This document shows positions 38,078 to 47,855 of a stretch of 64,000 nt of DNA, piece by piece. Both the position numbers and the translations under genes were made by a program. Under the pieces are notes generated by a model that was not told the DNA's origin, did not search any database, and worked only from the letters and a program-made list of their open reading frames with translations. Numbering within the stretch: position 1 is the stretch's first letter; each line of letters begins with the position of its first letter. The stretch is taken from NCBI GenBank assembly GCA_035259385.1, contig DATFWL010000130.1, positions 33,319 to 97,318 on the forward strand, read 5' to 3'. The DNA is from Vicinamibacterales bacterium (GTDB lineage: Bacteria; Acidobacteriota; Vicinamibacteria; Vicinamibacterales; CAVVIG01).

Positions 38078-39033
38078 CGCGGTTCGTCCTCACGCTCGCC
38101 GCCGCCGCGGCGGCGCTGTTCGGCGTCGGCCTCGGCGCGGCCGGGCGATTCGACACCAGGACCGCCTCGTTCGCGCTGACGTTTCATGGCGAAACGTCCG
38201 CGTATCGCGACGCCGCGGTAGTGATCGCGCCCCGCGCGTCGGTGGTCATCGACGCGGTTGGCGGGCCGCCCGGCGATTTCGGCGCCACGACCGATGCCGG
38301 CACGCTGGTGCAGCAGGGGCAGCGCCAGTGGAAATGGACGGCGCCGGATCGCCCTGGCGCGTATCTCATCACCTTCGACGGACCCGGCAGGAAGGACTCG
38401 ATCGCCGCACACGCGTTCGTCACTGTGCCGGCCGCGAGAGTCCGCAACGGCATGCTGAACGGCTACCAGATCGGCGAGTACCCGGCAACGCCGGCCAGCG
38501 GCAATCGCCTCTACCTGCCGCCGACCGGCTTCATCGAGGTGACCAGGGAGAACGAGAACACGCACGTATCGCCGCACTTCACGCTGAAGCAGTTCGTGTG
38601 CAAGGAAGACACGACGAAGAACTATCCGAAGTACGTGGTGCTGAAGGAACGACTGCCGATGAAGCTCGAGTTGGTGCTCGAGCACGTCAACGCGATCGGG
38701 TTCTCCGCCGACACACTGCATGTGATGAGCGCCTATCGGACGCCGTACTACAACCACGCCATCGGCGACGTGAAGTACAGCATGCATCAGTGGGGCAGCG
38801 CCGCCGACATCTACGTCGATCCGCAGAACCGGAACCGCATGGAGGATCTCAACCGTGACGGCCGGGTCGATAGCAACGACGCGAAGTTCCTGTACGACCA
38901 GATCGAGCGACTGCTTGCGCAGCCCGAGTACCGGAGATTCGAGGGTGGAATGGGCTTCTACCCGGCCACTGCGGCTCACCCGCCGTTCGTGCACGTCGAC
39001 GTGAGGGGGACGGCAGCCCGATGGCAAGGCTGA
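38074..39033 (+). CDS. DUF882 / peptidase M15A family metallopeptidase (YcbK/MepK-like) with an N-terminal extension
   Basis: ATGA overlap with the L,D-transpeptidase gene. Signal peptide. C-terminal block …VMSAYRTPYYNHAIG…SMHQWGSAADIYVD…FVHVD is typical of the M15 fold. Confidence 0.75.
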   Translation: MTRFVLTLAAAAAALFGVGLGAAGRFDTRTASFALTFHGETSAYRDAAVVIAPRASVVIDAVGGPPGDFGATTDAGTLVQQGQRQWKWTAPDRPGAYLITFDGPGRKDSIAAHAFVTVPAARVRNGMLNGYQIGEYPATPASGNRLYLPPTGFIEVTRENENTHVSPHFTLKQFVCKEDTTKNYPKYVVLKERLPMKLELVLEHVNAIGFSADTLHVMSAYRTPYYNHAIGDVKYSMHQWGSAADIYVDPQNRNRMEDLNRDGRVDSNDAKFLYDQIERLLAQPEYRRFEGGMGFYPATAAHPPFVHVDVRGTAARWQG

Positions 39034-39280
39034 AGCGGGCGCTGGTCGGCGCGCTGCTGGCGGCGCTGCTGTCGCCGCGCGATGCGCCTATTCGGTGCTC
39101 GCGCACGAAGCGAACCTCGACGCGCTCTGGGACCGCGCGATCGTGCCGCTCCTCGAGCAGCGTTTTCCGCGCGCCACGCGCGAAGACATCCGCAACGCAC
39201 GCGCCTACGCCGACGGCGGCTCCGTCATTCAGGACCTGGGCTACTCGCAAGGAGCGCCGGCATGCAGAAAGGATTCGTAA
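39021..39280 (+). pseudogene. remnant of a zinc-dependent phospholipase C family gene (frameshifted and truncated)
   Basis: A signal peptide (MARLKRALVGALLAALLSP) is in one frame. In another frame, …AYSVLAHEANLDALWDRAIVPLLEQRFPRATREDIRNARAYADGGSVIQDLGY… then stops. As I recall, this is the conserved N-terminal block of that family. Confidence 0.4.
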
Positions 39281-39398
39281 GGATCTCGAGGCGCTGGAGG
39301 CGCACACGACGCGGTAATGTCGAGTCGCGGCGGCGGCATGCGCTGCCGACGGCGTCCCGTTCGACCGATGCCGATCCCGTGTCAGAATCGGTCGCCAG

Positions 39399-41012
39399 AT
39401 GCGTTCGTTGTTGTCGGCGATCCTGAAAAGCTGCATTACAACCCTCATCGCGTTCATCGTCGCCGAGGCGGGCCTGCGCGCAGCCTACACCGCGCGCAAC
39501 GCGATGGTCCGGCGCATTCCGTTGCCATACTCCGTCGGCGACGACTACGGTCCGATACCGCCGTGGCTCGATCGCATGCTGATTCTCGTGCCGGACGATC
39601 GACTGATCTGGCACAACCTGCCGAACGCGCATCACACCTACGTCGACATTTTCAGTCCGGCGCCGACCGACGCGTCGCGGATCGCGCTCCTGCGCCGCTT
39701 CAACCCGGCGCTGCCGGCTGAATTTCGCGACAGCCCGACGTGGACCATCACGCTCAACTCGCAGGGATTTCGCAGCGGCGAGTTCGGTGCGCCCCGCGCC
39801 GGCGCGCTTCGCGTCGCGTGCATCGGCGACTCGTGGACCTTCGGTATGAACGTCGAGCAGGACCGAACCTATCCGAGCCGGCTGCTCGCTGATCTTCGCG
39901 CCGCGCGAGCAGACGTGGAGGTCGAGAATTTCGGCGTCCTCGGCTACTCGTCGTTTCAGGGCCTGGAGCTCCTGAAGGCGCGCGTCCTCGACCGGCATCC
40001 CGACGTCGTCGCGATCGGATTCGGGATGAACGATTCCGAAGTGGCCGGGTACCGGGACCGCGACATGGTGTCGGCATCGCGTCCGCCGGTCGGCACACGG
40101 CTCCGCGAGGAGGCGGAGGAGCTCGAGCTCTACAAGCTGTTGAAGTACCTGGCGCTGACCCTCCGCTTCCATCCAAAGCCGATGGACGTTTTCCTGCGCG
40201 AGCAATCGAGAGATCGCGGATCCGGATCGGTCGACTACAGCACGATCGAGCCGTGGACACGCGTGTCCCCGCAGAACTTCGAGTCGAACCTGCGCGAGAT
40301 GATCGCTCTGTCGCGGTCGACGGGCGCAGCCGTGATCCTGCTCGACAACGAGCTGTGGGCCGAGAGCCCGTATCGCACGCTTCTGAAAACCGTCGCCGCC
40401 GATACCAGGGTGCCGCTCGTCGACAGCCTGCAGCTCGTTAGCGACGCGCGCGCGAAAATGGAGCGCGCCATCGAAGCCCGTCTCGGCCTCGCCGCCCCTC
40501 CCGCCCCTCCTGCCCCTCCCGCCCTTCCTGCCCAAACCACCGTCATCTTCCGCGTCGCCAGAGGTCGATACGCCGTCCCGCGCGCGATCTCGATCGCCGG
40601 CACCGATCCCCAGCTTGGAGACGCGTCACCGAACACCGTGCTGATGCACGACGATGGGAAAGGCGGAGACGAGCGGGCGGGCGACGACGTCTGGAGTCTC
40701 GAGGCGACGTTCGCCGCGGGAACGCATCTTTCTTACGTGTACACGAACAGCGGGACGCCAGGGCGCTGGGAAGGGCTCGACGTCCCGCACATCCGCACCG
40801 TCGTCATTCCCGCATCTCCGGACGGCGCGCCGGTCTACCTGCCGATTGAAACGTTCGGCGAGATCTATATGCAGGCCGACGACTGGCACACCAACGCGGC
40901 CGGGTACGAGCTGATCGCGAGGGCAGTGGCCGACGCGATCGGCACGACGGTCCGGCCGAAGCCGGACCGTGCCGCAGTCAGGCGCGGCCGCAGCCGCATC
41001 GCCGGATCGTGA
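39399..41012 (+). CDS. SGNH/GDSL hydrolase family protein with a C-terminal beta-rich (possibly carbohydrate-binding) domain
   Basis: N-terminal TM segment. Block I RVACIGDSWTFG. Later blocks GFGMNDS and DxxH-like. Pro/Ala linker (APPAPPAPPALPA), then …DVWSLEATFAAGTHLSYVYTNSG…. Confidence 0.8.
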   Translation: MRSLLSAILKSCITTLIAFIVAEAGLRAAYTARNAMVRRIPLPYSVGDDYGPIPPWLDRMLILVPDDRLIWHNLPNAHHTYVDIFSPAPTDASRIALLRRFNPALPAEFRDSPTWTITLNSQGFRSGEFGAPRAGALRVACIGDSWTFGMNVEQDRTYPSRLLADLRAARADVEVENFGVLGYSSFQGLELLKARVLDRHPDVVAIGFGMNDSEVAGYRDRDMVSASRPPVGTRLREEAEELELYKLLKYLALTLRFHPKPMDVFLREQSRDRGSGSVDYSTIEPWTRVSPQNFESNLREMIALSRSTGAAVILLDNELWAESPYRTLLKTVAADTRVPLVDSLQLVSDARAKMERAIEARLGLAAPPAPPAPPALPAQTTVIFRVARGRYAVPRAISIAGTDPQLGDASPNTVLMHDDGKGGDERAGDDVWSLEATFAAGTHLSYVYTNSGTPGRWEGLDVPHIRTVVIPASPDGAPVYLPIETFGEIYMQADDWHTNAAGYELIARAVADAIGTTVRPKPDRAAVRRGRSRIAGS

Positions 41013-41099
41013 TTCAGCCGATGCTCGCGAGCGATGCACGCGAGCGGAGGCGGGAACGGGTGGCCCTACATGTACCTGAAGTCGATACAGCAGTGGGCT

Positions 41100-41777
41100 T
41101 CAACCGGACCGTGACTCCAATCTTCCGTTCCTCAACCGCACGATCCGCGTCGCGAATTCCTCCGCGAAATCATCGTCGTGCGTCGAGATGACGAGCGTCC
41201 GCCCCTGTTGCCGCAGGCCGGCGAGCAACGCGCCGAGCTCGGCGCGGCGCTCGGGATCGAGCGAGGCGGTCGGCTCGTCCATCAGCAGCACCGGCGGGTC
41301 GACGGCCAACGCCCGCGCGATCGCGACGCGCTGCGCCTCGCCGCCCGACAACTGCCGCGGCAGCGCCTCGGCGCGGTGCTCGACGCCGAACGTCTTCAGC
41401 AGATCGAGGGCGCGCCTCTTCGCCTCGGCAGGCGACACGCCGTGCGCGTGGACCGGCGCCAGGCAGACGTTCGCGACGGCGGTCAGGTGCTCGAACAGGC
41501 AGTGAAACTGAAACACCATCCCGACCTTGCGCCGCAGCGCGTGCAGCGTTTTCCTCGACAGCTCGCTCCCGCCGGCGAGCGCGACGCCGTCGATCGTCAC
41601 CGTGCCCGCGTTGAACCGTTCGAGCCCGGCAACCGCGCGCAGGATCGTCGTCTTGCCGGACCCTGACGGCCCCATCAGCGCGAGGATCTCGCCGCGCTCG
41701 ACGGCGAGGCTCACGCCGTCGAGAATCGTCCGCGAGCCGCGCGCGAGCCGCAGGTCGGCAATCTCGAGCACCGTCAC
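41100..41777 (-). CDS. amino acid ABC transporter ATP-binding protein
   Basis: GTG start overlaps the permease stop (GTGA). Walker [10 protein letters not shown]. Signature [15 protein letters not shown]. Walker [12 protein letters not shown]. The 842-aa track ORF is a chimera with out-of-frame permease sequence. Confidence 0.9.
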   Translation of the reverse strand: MTVLEIADLRLARGSRTILDGVSLAVERGEILALMGPSGSGKTTILRAVAGLERFNAGTVTIDGVALAGGSELSRKTLHALRRKVGMVFQFHCLFEHLTAVANVCLAPVHAHGVSPAEAKRRALDLLKTFGVEHRAEALPRQLSGGEAQRVAIARALAVDPPVLLMDEPTASLDPERRAELGALLAGLRQQGRTLVISTHDDDFAEEFATRIVRLRNGRLESRSG

Positions 41778-43366
41778 GGCGGGGTCACCCTCCACTGTCT
41801 CTCCATCCAGCGCGCGAGCGCCGCCAGCGGCAGCGACATCGCCAGATACAGCGCCGCGCACAGCGAGCCGGGGATCACCCAGCTGCCGAGATTGGTCGCG
41901 AAGATCTGCGTCTGCTTGGTGAGCTCGAGCACGGTGAGCACCGATACCAGCGATGAGTCCTTCAGCATCGCCACGAAATCGTTGGTCATCGGCGCGAGCG
42001 CGAGCCGGAACGCCTGCGGCGCGCGCACCAGCGTGAGCACCTGCCGCTCGCTGAGGCCGAGCGTCCGCGCCGCCTCGAGCTGCCCGACCGGGATCGCTTC
42101 CAGCGCAGACCGGTAGATCTCGCTCTCGTACGCCGCGTAGTTCAGCGCGAGGCCGAGCAGCGCCGCCGCGAACGCCGGCAGTCGAATCGCGGCGGCGAGG
42201 CCGTAATAGAGGACGAACAGCTGGAGCAGGATCGGCGTGCCGCGGATCAGCTCGACGTAGGCGGTGAGCGCGATCCGCGCCGGCCGTGCGCCGTACACGC
42301 GCCCGGTGGCAATCAGGACGCCGACGGCGATCGCGAGGCCCATCGACAGGCACGACAGCAGGATCGTGATCGCGGACGCGCGAAAAAGCGACGGCAGATA
42401 GCGCTTCGTCGCCTCCCACTTCGACATCGTCGCGGCGCTCGACGAGGTGTCGAACCCGACGACCGGCGCGATCGGCTCGCCTGCCAGGACCCGCGCGTAC
42501 AGCTTCGGCTGGTCGTCGTTCCAGACGCGCCACTTGCGGAAGATCCGCTCGAGCGTGCCGTCTTTCATCGCGCCGCGCAGCATCTCGTTGAGCGTGTCGC
42601 GGAGCGGCCCGTTCTGCGGCGCCAGAATCGCGACGTAGTGGCCGACCGCAATCGTTTCGGGCAGCACGGTGAAGCCGCCCATCATCCGGTGGCGCCGTTC
42701 GGCGAGCACGTTGTCGAGCAGCACCGCGTCGACCCGGCCGATCGCGAGATCGGAGTAGGGGTGGACGTCGTCTTCGTACGAAAGCGGCTGCAGGCCGTGC
42801 TCCTGCTGCGCGCGCAGCAGGATCTCGTAGGCGATGGTCCCGCCGAGCGTGGCCACGCGCTTGCCGCGAAGGTCCGCGAGCGAATGCACGCGCGCCGCGT
42901 CGGCGTCGCGGACGCTCAGCACTTCGCGGAATTCGTAGTACGGCATCGAGACCGCGAGCGTGGCGCGGCGCGCCGGCGTGTCCTCGATGCCGCTCAGGCC
43001 GACATCGGCGTCGCCGCGCCCGATGCTCTGGTCGATCGACTCGAACCGGATGTTGACGAACTCGGTGGATCGGCCGAGTGCGCGCGCGAACAGGTCCGCG
43101 ATCTCGACGTCGAAGCCAACCAGTTGATCGGGATGCGACGGATCCGCTTCGACGAACGGCGCGCCGCCTTCGGGATCGCCGGCCCAGCGCAGCACCCGCG
43201 GCTCCGCTGCGCGTGAGAGCGCAGAGATGGCAGAGAGCGCGGACGCAGAGGGCGCAGACGCGGAGGCCGTCGCAAGGAACAGGCAGGTCACGAAGCGCAG
43301 AACCGCGGTCTTCGGGAACTTTCGCGTCTTCGCGCCTTCGTGAGAGGCCACACCGCGTGCGGACAC
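41774..43366 (-). CDS. fused amino acid ABC transporter substrate-binding (family 3) and permease protein
   Basis: SBP_bac_3-like N-terminal half (…[18 protein letters not shown]…[13 protein letters not shown]…). His/Glu/Gln/Arg-type permease C-terminal half (…[18 protein letters not shown]…). The first ~45 codons lie in a word repeat or hairpin, so the true start may be GTG near 43291. Confidence 0.8.
   Translation of the reverse strand: MSARGVASHEGAKTRKFPKTAVLRFVTCLFLATASASAPSASALSAISALSRAAEPRVLRWAGDPEGGAPFVEADPSHPDQLVGFDVEIADLFARALGRSTEFVNIRFESIDQSIGRGDADVGLSGIEDTPARRATLAVSMPYYEFREVLSVRDADAARVHSLADLRGKRVATLGGTIAYEILLRAQQEHGLQPLSYEDDVHPYSDLAIGRVDAVLLDNVLAERRHRMMGGFTVLPETIAVGHYVAILAPQNGPLRDTLNEMLRGAMKDGTLERIFRKWRVWNDDQPKLYARVLAGEPIAPVVGFDTSSSAATMSKWEATKRYLPSLFRASAITILLSCLSMGLAIAVGVLIATGRVYGARPARIALTAYVELIRGTPILLQLFVLYYGLAAAIRLPAFAAALLGLALNYAAYESEIYRSALEAIPVGQLEAARTLGLSERQVLTLVRAPQAFRLALAPMTNDFVAMLKDSSLVSVLTVLELTKQTQIFATNLGSWVIPGSLCAALYLAMSLPLAALARWMERQWRVTPP
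43213..43342. repeat. word repeat (gcagaga/gcgcagac type) plus cacgaag…cttcgtg hairpin, inside the 5' end of the permease ORF
   Basis: Read directly. On the coding strand it translates to the low-complexity stretch [18 protein letters not shown]. It shares the cacgaag word with 49051-49133. Confidence 0.75.
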
Positions 43367-43395
43367 TGTTGTAGATTCTACGCGGAGGCGTTTCG

Positions 43396-44244
43396 ATGGC
43401 GACTGTGGGATTTCTCGGAACCGGATTGCTGGGCAGCGGCATGGTCGAACGGATGCTGCGCCAGGGAAACGTGGTGACGGTGTGGAATCGAACGGCGTCG
43501 AAAGCGCGCGCGCTCGAGCCGCTCGGCGCGAAGGTCGCGCCGACGCCCGGCGGCGCGGTTGCCGGGGCCGAGCGCGTACACATGACGCTGCCTGACGATG
43601 CCGTCGTCGAGCAGATCGTCGAGAGCATCCGCGGCGATCTGCGGGCGGACGCGATCGTGATCGATCACTCGACGACGTCGCCGCGCGGAACGGCGGCTCG
43701 CGTTCCGCGGCTGAATGCCGCCGGCGTCAGGTTCCTGCACGCGCCGGTGTTCATGTCGCCGCAGATGGCGCGCGACGGCGTCGGCATCGTCCTGGCATCC
43801 GGTCCGCGCGACCTCTTCGAGGACGCACGGCCGGCTCTGGAGCAGATGACCGGCGAGGTCTGGTACGCCGGCGAGCAGCCCGATCGCGCCGCAGCCTACA
43901 AGATTTTCGGCAACTCGATGCTGTTCGTGATTGCCGCCGGCGTCGCCGACGTGTTCGCGATGGCAAAGGGCCTGGACATCCCGCCGGCCGACGCGCTCGC
44001 AGTGTTCTCGAAGTTCCAGCCGGCGGGCGTGATCAGGTCGCGCGGCGAGAAGATGGCGCGCGGCGATTTCAGCGCCACCTTCGAGCTGTCGATGGCGCGC
44101 AAGGACCTGCGGCTGATGCTGGAAGCGGCCGGCGAGCAGCCGATGGCTGTGCTGCCGGCGATCGCCGCGCGCATGGACGACGCGATCGCGAAGGGTCACG
44201 GGCGGGAGGATCTGGGAGTCATCGCGGCGGATGTCGTTCGATGA
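43396..44244 (+). CDS. NAD(P)-dependent oxidoreductase (3-hydroxyisobutyrate / 6-phosphogluconate dehydrogenase-like)
   Basis: Rossmann start MATVGFLGTGLLGSGMVERML. 282 aa, typical of the HIBADH family. Confidence 0.85.
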   Translation: MATVGFLGTGLLGSGMVERMLRQGNVVTVWNRTASKARALEPLGAKVAPTPGGAVAGAERVHMTLPDDAVVEQIVESIRGDLRADAIVIDHSTTSPRGTAARVPRLNAAGVRFLHAPVFMSPQMARDGVGIVLASGPRDLFEDARPALEQMTGEVWYAGEQPDRAAAYKIFGNSMLFVIAAGVADVFAMAKGLDIPPADALAVFSKFQPAGVIRSRGEKMARGDFSATFELSMARKDLRLMLEAAGEQPMAVLPAIAARMDDAIAKGHGREDLGVIAADVVR

Positions 44245-44327
44245 CGGCGGGTCAGGCGGGTCGGGCAGGTCGGGCAGGATGGGACGGACGGGACGGATGG
44301 GACGGATCGGACGGATGGGACAGATGT
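44245..44327. repeat. direct word repeat (gggtcaggc/gggtcgggca, then gggacgga x5)
   Basis: Read directly, immediately after the oxidoreductase stop. If translated it gives GRMGRTGRMGRIGRMG at the head of the longest amidohydrolase ORF. Confidence 0.85.
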
Positions 44328-44359
44328 TGCGGAACGGACTGATGGGGCGGACGGGCAAA

Positions 44360-45763
44360 ATGGCGGCGGTCTGGCTCGGTCTGACCGTTGCCGTTGCTGC
44401 GCTGACAGGTCAATCGAATCCGGCTGCCCCGGCGAATTTCGTCACCGTGCAGGCGCCGGTGATTGCGTTGACCCACGCGCGCGTGATCGACGGGACCGGG
44501 GCGGCGCCGCGCGAGGATCAGACGATCGTGATCCGCGACGGCAACATCGCCGACGTCGGCGGCGCCGCGTCGATCGCCGTTCCACCTGGCGCGACGGCCG
44601 TCGATCTCTCGGGAAAGACGGTGATCCCCGGCCTCGTGATGATGCACGAGCATCTCTACTACACGACCGGACCTGGCGTGTACGGTCAGCTCGGCGCCAG
44701 CTTCACGCGCCTGTACCTCGCCGGCGGTGTCACGACGATGCGCACGGCGGGCAACGTGAACGGGATCATGGACATCAACCTCGCGCGCCGGATCGCGGCG
44801 GGGGAGCTGCCGGGCCCCGCCGTCGATGCGACCGCTCCGTACGTGAACGGGCCGAGCGCGTTCCTGCAGATGCATTCGGTCACCAACGCCGACGAGGCCC
44901 GCCGTCACGTGGCCTACTGGGCCGACCAGGGCGCGACGTCGCTCAAGGCGTACATGCAGGTCTCGCGCGCCGCGCTCAAGGCCGCTATCGACGAAGGGCA
45001 TCGGCGCGGCATGAAGACCACCGGTCATCTGTGCTCGGTGACGTTTGCCGAGGCCGCGGATCTCGGGATCGACAACCTGGAGCACGGGTTCTTTCCCGCC
45101 ACCGATTTCGTCGCCGACAAGCAGCCCGACGTCTGTCCCGGGCAGGCGCGCGGGCAGCAGACGATCGCGGAGCTCGACGAGCACGGGGCGCCGCTCGCCG
45201 CGCTCGTGAAGAAGCTCGTCGACAAGCACGTGGCGCTGACGTCGACGTTGACCGTATTCGAAACCTTGACGCCGGGACGGCCATTGCCGCCAGGACTCGA
45301 CGTGCTGGTGCCGCAGCTCAAGGACAGCTTCCAGCGCGCCTACGATCGCGCGCAGCAGAACCAGCAATCGCTCTACGCGGCGCTCCTGCCGAAGGCGATG
45401 CGCATGGAGCGCGCGTTCGTGCGCGCCGGCGGACTGCTGATCGCCGGCACCGATCCCACAGGCGCCGGCGGCGTCGTGCCCGGCTACTCGAATCAACGGC
45501 AGGTCGAGCTGCTGGCCGAAGAAGGCTTCACGCCGGTCGAGGCGATCTCGATCGCGACGCTGAACGGCGCGAAATTCATGGGCCGCGATGCTCGCATCGG
45601 GAGCATCGCCCGCGGCAAACAGGCCGACCTGGTGGTCGTCTCCGGGAATCCTGCGGCGTCGATCGGCGACATCCGGAAGGTCGAAACGGTTTTCCGGAAC
45701 GGAGTCGGTTACGATTCCGGGAAACTGATCGCCTCGGTCCGTGGTCAGGTCGGGATCTGGTGA
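44360..45763 (+). CDS. amidohydrolase family protein (secreted)
   Basis: Start at ATG 44360 (MAAVWLGLTVAVAALTG, a signal peptide). IPGLVMMHEHL (HxH). …AGTDPTGAG…GKQADLVVVSGNP. Paralogous in fold to 3657-5651. Confidence 0.85.
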   Translation: MAAVWLGLTVAVAALTGQSNPAAPANFVTVQAPVIALTHARVIDGTGAAPREDQTIVIRDGNIADVGGAASIAVPPGATAVDLSGKTVIPGLVMMHEHLYYTTGPGVYGQLGASFTRLYLAGGVTTMRTAGNVNGIMDINLARRIAAGELPGPAVDATAPYVNGPSAFLQMHSVTNADEARRHVAYWADQGATSLKAYMQVSRAALKAAIDEGHRRGMKTTGHLCSVTFAEAADLGIDNLEHGFFPATDFVADKQPDVCPGQARGQQTIAELDEHGAPLAALVKKLVDKHVALTSTLTVFETLTPGRPLPPGLDVLVPQLKDSFQRAYDRAQQNQQSLYAALLPKAMRMERAFVRAGGLLIAGTDPTGAGGVVPGYSNQRQVELLAEEGFTPVEAISIATLNGAKFMGRDARIGSIARGKQADLVVVSGNPAASIGDIRKVETVFRNGVGYDSGKLIASVRGQVGIW

Positions 45764-45829
45764 TGCGCGAGCAGTCGATAGCCGTGCAGGCATGACCGGC
45801 GGCTATCGGACCCGTGCAGCGGAGGGTAC

Positions 45830-47758
45830 ATGTCGACACCACGCAGCGACCGCGAGCTCGGTCTCAACAGGCGCATTCCGCGGCGCGACTTTCTGAACGG
45901 CGTCGCGATTGGCATCAGCGGCGCGTATGCCGCCGCGACCGTGCGATCGCTCGATGCGATGTCGATGCCCGCGTCCGGCGCCCGCGACGCCCAGGCCGCC
46001 GCGGCCGTGCCCTATCCGCCGGCGCGGAGCGGATTACGGGGGAACTATCCCTCGTCGGTCGCGGCGTTCGCGCCGATGGACGCCGGCGTCTACCGGCAGT
46101 TTCCGCCGCTCGACGCCGACACGCAGGAGGCGTACGACCTCGTCATCGTCGGCGGCGGCATCTCCGGGCTGGCGGCAGCGCATTTCTGGCGACGCGCGCT
46201 CGGTGACCGGCAGAAGATCCTCGTCCTCGACAACCACGACGACTTCGGCGGCCACGCCAAGCGCAATGAGTTCGAGTACCAGGGCCGTACGTTCCTCAGC
46301 TACGGCGGCACGATGAGCATCGCGACGCCGTATCCGTACAGCTACGCGTCGAAGCGGCTCATCGAAGAGCTCGGTATCCAAGTGGAGAGGAGCGCCGAAT
46401 TCCAGAACCGCGACGCGTTTCAGAAGCTGAATCTCGGGCCGTCGATGTTCTTCGACAAGGAACATTTCGGCGAGGACACGCTGGTTGCCGGCACCGGTCG
46501 GATCCCGTGGCCCGAGTTCATCGCGAAGGTGCCGCTGCCCGAACCGGCACGCCGCGATCTCGTGCGCCTGTACGGCAAGAACCCCGACTACCTCGCGGGC
46601 AAGACGGCGGACCAGAAGATGGCGCTGCTCGCGCGAATCAGCTGGGAGGAGTTCCTGCTGCGCCACGCGAAGGTGAGCCCGGAGGCGATCCTGTTCTTCC
46701 GGGGGCAGGGCGGACGCAACAACAAGCGGGTGGACACCACGCCGGCGCTCGAAGCGGCGCGGCGCGGCTCGGTCGGCTTCAACGGCCTCGGTCTCACGTT
46801 CGCTGGCGAGGCGTTCCGCGAGGCCTCGTACACGTTCCATTTCCCGGACGGCAACGCGTCGATCGCGCGCCTCCTCGTCGCCCGGCTCGTGCCGGCGGCG
46901 TTCGGCGGCCGCGCGATGACCATGGACAGCGTCGTGAAGGCGCCGCTCGACTACGGCGCGCTCGACGCGGCGGCTTCGCCGGTCCGCGTCCGCCTCGAGA
47001 GCACGGTGGTCCGCGTGCAGCACGACGGCGCGCCCGAGCACGCGACAGGCGTCCGCGTCGCGTACCTGCGCGGCGGCAAGGTGCATGGCGTGCGCGCCGC
47101 GAACGTGATCCTCGCGTGCTACAACGCGATCATCCCGGCGCTGCTGCCCGAGCTTCCCGACGCGCAGAAAGCGGCGCTGCGCTACCCGGCCAAGGTGCCG
47201 ATGATGTACACGAACGCGCTCCTCCGGCGGTGGACGCCGTTCGCCAAGCTTGGCGTGCAGAGCGTCAACTCGCCGTGCATGCTGCACACCGGCATGAGCC
47301 TCGACGCGGCCTCGACCGTGGGCGGCTATCAGGGAGTCACGGCGCCGGAGGAGCCGATCGTCGTGCACATGACGTCGAATCCAAACAAGCCGGGGCTGCC
47401 GCGGCGCGAGCAGAACCGCGCCGGCGCGGAACAGCTGCTGAAGACGACGTTCGAGGAGTTCGAGCGCGAGGTGCGCGGCCATCTCGCGCGCGCGCTCGCC
47501 GGCGGCGGCTTCGATCCCGCCGCCGACATCGTCGGGCTGACGGTGAACCGGTGGCCGTACGGATACGCCTACAGCTACGACTCGCTCGGCGATCCCGACG
47601 TGCCGCCGGAGGAGCGGCCGCACGTCGTCGGCCGGCGCCGCTTCGGCCAGGTCGCGATCGCGAACTCGGACGCGGGCGCCGCCGCGTTCACGAACCAGGC
47701 GATCGACGAAGCGCACCGCGCGGTGGAAGAGCTGTTCGTGAAGAACGGCCTCACGTAG
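45830..47758 (+). CDS. NAD(P)/FAD-dependent oxidoreductase with Tat signal (spermidine dehydrogenase SpdH-like)
   Basis: Twin-arginine motif IPRRDFLNGV. Dinucleotide fold YDLVIVGGGISGLAAAHFW. …LDNHDDFGGHAKRNEF…. Confidence 0.8.
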   Translation: MSTPRSDRELGLNRRIPRRDFLNGVAIGISGAYAAATVRSLDAMSMPASGARDAQAAAAVPYPPARSGLRGNYPSSVAAFAPMDAGVYRQFPPLDADTQEAYDLVIVGGGISGLAAAHFWRRALGDRQKILVLDNHDDFGGHAKRNEFEYQGRTFLSYGGTMSIATPYPYSYASKRLIEELGIQVERSAEFQNRDAFQKLNLGPSMFFDKEHFGEDTLVAGTGRIPWPEFIAKVPLPEPARRDLVRLYGKNPDYLAGKTADQKMALLARISWEEFLLRHAKVSPEAILFFRGQGGRNNKRVDTTPALEAARRGSVGFNGLGLTFAGEAFREASYTFHFPDGNASIARLLVARLVPAAFGGRAMTMDSVVKAPLDYGALDAAASPVRVRLESTVVRVQHDGAPEHATGVRVAYLRGGKVHGVRAANVILACYNAIIPALLPELPDAQKAALRYPAKVPMMYTNALLRRWTPFAKLGVQSVNSPCMLHTGMSLDAASTVGGYQGVTAPEEPIVVHMTSNPNKPGLPRREQNRAGAEQLLKTTFEEFEREVRGHLARALAGGGFDPAADIVGLTVNRWPYGYAYSYDSLGDPDVPPEERPHVVGRRRFGQVAIANSDAGAAAFTNQAIDEAHRAVEELFVKNGLT

Positions 47759-47855
47759 GTCGGGTGGGTCAGGTAGGTCGGTAAGTCAGGTAGGTCGGAT
47801 CAAGGCGTATCCGACCTACAAGGCCGACCCGGCCTACCTGACCTACCCGACCTAC
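47757..47855. repeat. word hairpin (ggtcgggtgggtcaggtaggtcggtaagtcaggtaggtcggat … atccgacctacaaggccgacccggcctacctgacctacccgacctac)
   Basis: About 40-nt arms made of ggtcaggta-type 8-nt words, with a short loop caaggcgt. It spans the whole gap between convergent stops and overlaps both. Confidence 0.9.

Noticed and set aside
39021-39317. 98-aa ORF as an intact small secreted protein.
   Set aside because: After the signal peptide the frame becomes Arg/Ser-rich nonsense. A different frame carries a conserved-looking enzyme N-terminus, so it is better explained as a frameshifted gene stub.
41100-43628. 842-aa minus-strand ORF apparently spanning the ABC ATPase and beyond.
   Set aside because: Only the C-terminal 225 aa (from GTG 41777) are ATPase-like. 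The N-terminal 600 aa are an out-of-frame reading of the SBP-permease gene (41774-43366), which has its own clean frame.
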